From assembly GCF_001194135.2 (NCBI RefSeq), contig NC_068984.1:33954435-34018434 (forward strand): a stretch of DNA of 64,000 bases. Reading direction: 5' to 3'. Made by a program: the position numbers and the translations under genes. Source of the stretch: Octopus bimaculoides. Lineage: Eukaryota. The notes beneath the pieces are model-generated. The model had not been told where the DNA came from. It did not search any database and saw only the letters and a list, made by a program, of their open reading frames with translations. Positions 62,705 to 64,000 of this stretch are shown one piece after another (within the stretch, counting starts at the first letter, position 1; each line of letters opens with the position of its first letter).

Positions 62705-63700
62705 TTTTATACGCTGTTCCATCTGGAAAAGGTGTATTTGGCACAGTGGTTACATCTTGGAATATTTTCATCATGTTTATTCACTAAATTTTCATTTTCA
62801 TTAAGCAGAATACTCAATGCTTCCTCAAGGCAAAAGTCACATTTGCCGGATAGTGAAGTACATGGATGTGCATTTTTTTTTTATTTTTGACCATTCTATT
62901 TAGTATTTAATTTTTGATTCTTTCAGTCCCCATATGAGGTCTGCCAGTGAGGTCTTGTGTCATCTATTTTTTTTTCAGAATGACGAGATGTGGTTCCGAT
63001 AACGGATTTTGAATTGGTTTTCAGTGGCACCTATGTACACGTAATTATGTTGAGATGTGTAGATTATGCATTTATATACTATATATTTTTAAGCACATTG
63101 GTTCAAGGGTGGACATGAGGATTTTCTATGGCATATACAGTTAATCGTATTCTTATTTTTATGTTTATCTGGCAGTTTTTTTAATTCTGTTTTCATGATG
63201 TTCCATTTGATTTCTGATACCCGAGGCTTTGTTTAATTAGGAGTCTGTTTTGTTGGATCTTTTTGGATGATATATTTCCACTATATTGTCACCATCTTTT
63301 ACATTATCTTAGATTTTGCAGTCTATCTGTTGTTTATTTTGTTTATTGGTGTTAAATTCTGTGTAGTTTTGATTTGTTTGTTCTCTACAAGGAAACGTTG
63401 TATGTGTGTTCAATTTCTGTTTGTTGTATTTATGTATGTAGTACTCCATGTTGTTAGATGTTGCATATGATATTTTCACTGTGTGTTTGTTGAATAAACG
63501 GTAGTATTTATATGTTTTAGGGAAGCATCTATTGAATGTTGCAATGAATTGCTTATCCATTTTGGACAAATCTGGAGTCCAAAAATTGGATTATACCATA
63601 GGAATTCCGAATTTTTGTACCCTTTTGCTTGGTTTCTTCCATATTTTTTCTGTGTATTGATTAAGTGTGTCAGTATTCTAATTTTTTCTTTTTTCATTTG
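62705..63700 (-). mobile_element. Penelope-like element (RT-to-endonuclease linker plus GIY-YIG), decayed
   Basis: WYNPIF..FNKHTVKISYA..NCICHRKSSCP..IVYKC..YIGATENQFKIRYRNHISSF..LIWGLKE..KCDFCLEE..RCNH. Confidence 0.85.
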
Positions 63701-64000
63701 GGTTATATCCATTTTCCTCTTATCATTCCTCTGTTCCTCGGGCTTTCCCTTGTTTCTTGTTATTCATTTGTTGATGTTATTCGAATTAACTATGTATTCT
63801 ACTTTATTTGTGTTTGTGTCATTGTTATCTGTCTCTTTTACTCTTTACTTTTTATTTTCACACACGAGGGATACATAAGACTAGAATTGGTAGCATGCCA
63901 TAATAAGACTACCAGCTATTTCGGAATTCAACGGGGTGAACGAGCTCTATTTGTACTCTAATACGTTCTTAACAGAACACAACTGAACTATATATATATA

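Overview
AT-rich eukaryotic genomic DNA from a gapped draft scaffold, with 14 N-runs that mostly abut (TA)n arrays. It is not prokaryotic: I see no operons, CRISPR arrays, rRNA or true tRNA genes. The interspersed-repeat families match my recollection of octopus (coleoid cephalopod) repeats, so the source is inferred to be an Octopus genome; this is not database-verified. Most of the window is microsatellites plus transposon debris. SINEs: two tRNA-headed families, here called SINE-A and SINE-B. LINEs: RTE 3' fragments and their (ATG)n-tailed 3' ends (family C), a BovB-like RTE, a CR1-type RT fragment and an R4/Dong-like remnant. Other elements: two GIY-YIG Penelope-like elements (PLEs), two internally deleted IS630/Tc1/mariner (maT-like) elements and TTAA-bounded MITEs. 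No host gene is identifiable by name; several short + strand exon candidates are reported at low confidence. Most ORFs in the supplied track are microsatellite or N-gap artefacts. The most interesting signal is a set of eight PLE-type minimal hammerhead-ribozyme motifs. Four lie in a composite repeat (tRNA-like Pol III head, (AAT)n, hammerhead), one copy of which abuts a PLE endonuclease ORF. Two share an atypical CAUAAYGA core. There is also a cluster of fold-back and inverted duplications at 16.7-24.8 kb. All alignments, identities and structures were worked out by eye, and repeat boundaries are approximate (about +/-10-20 nt).
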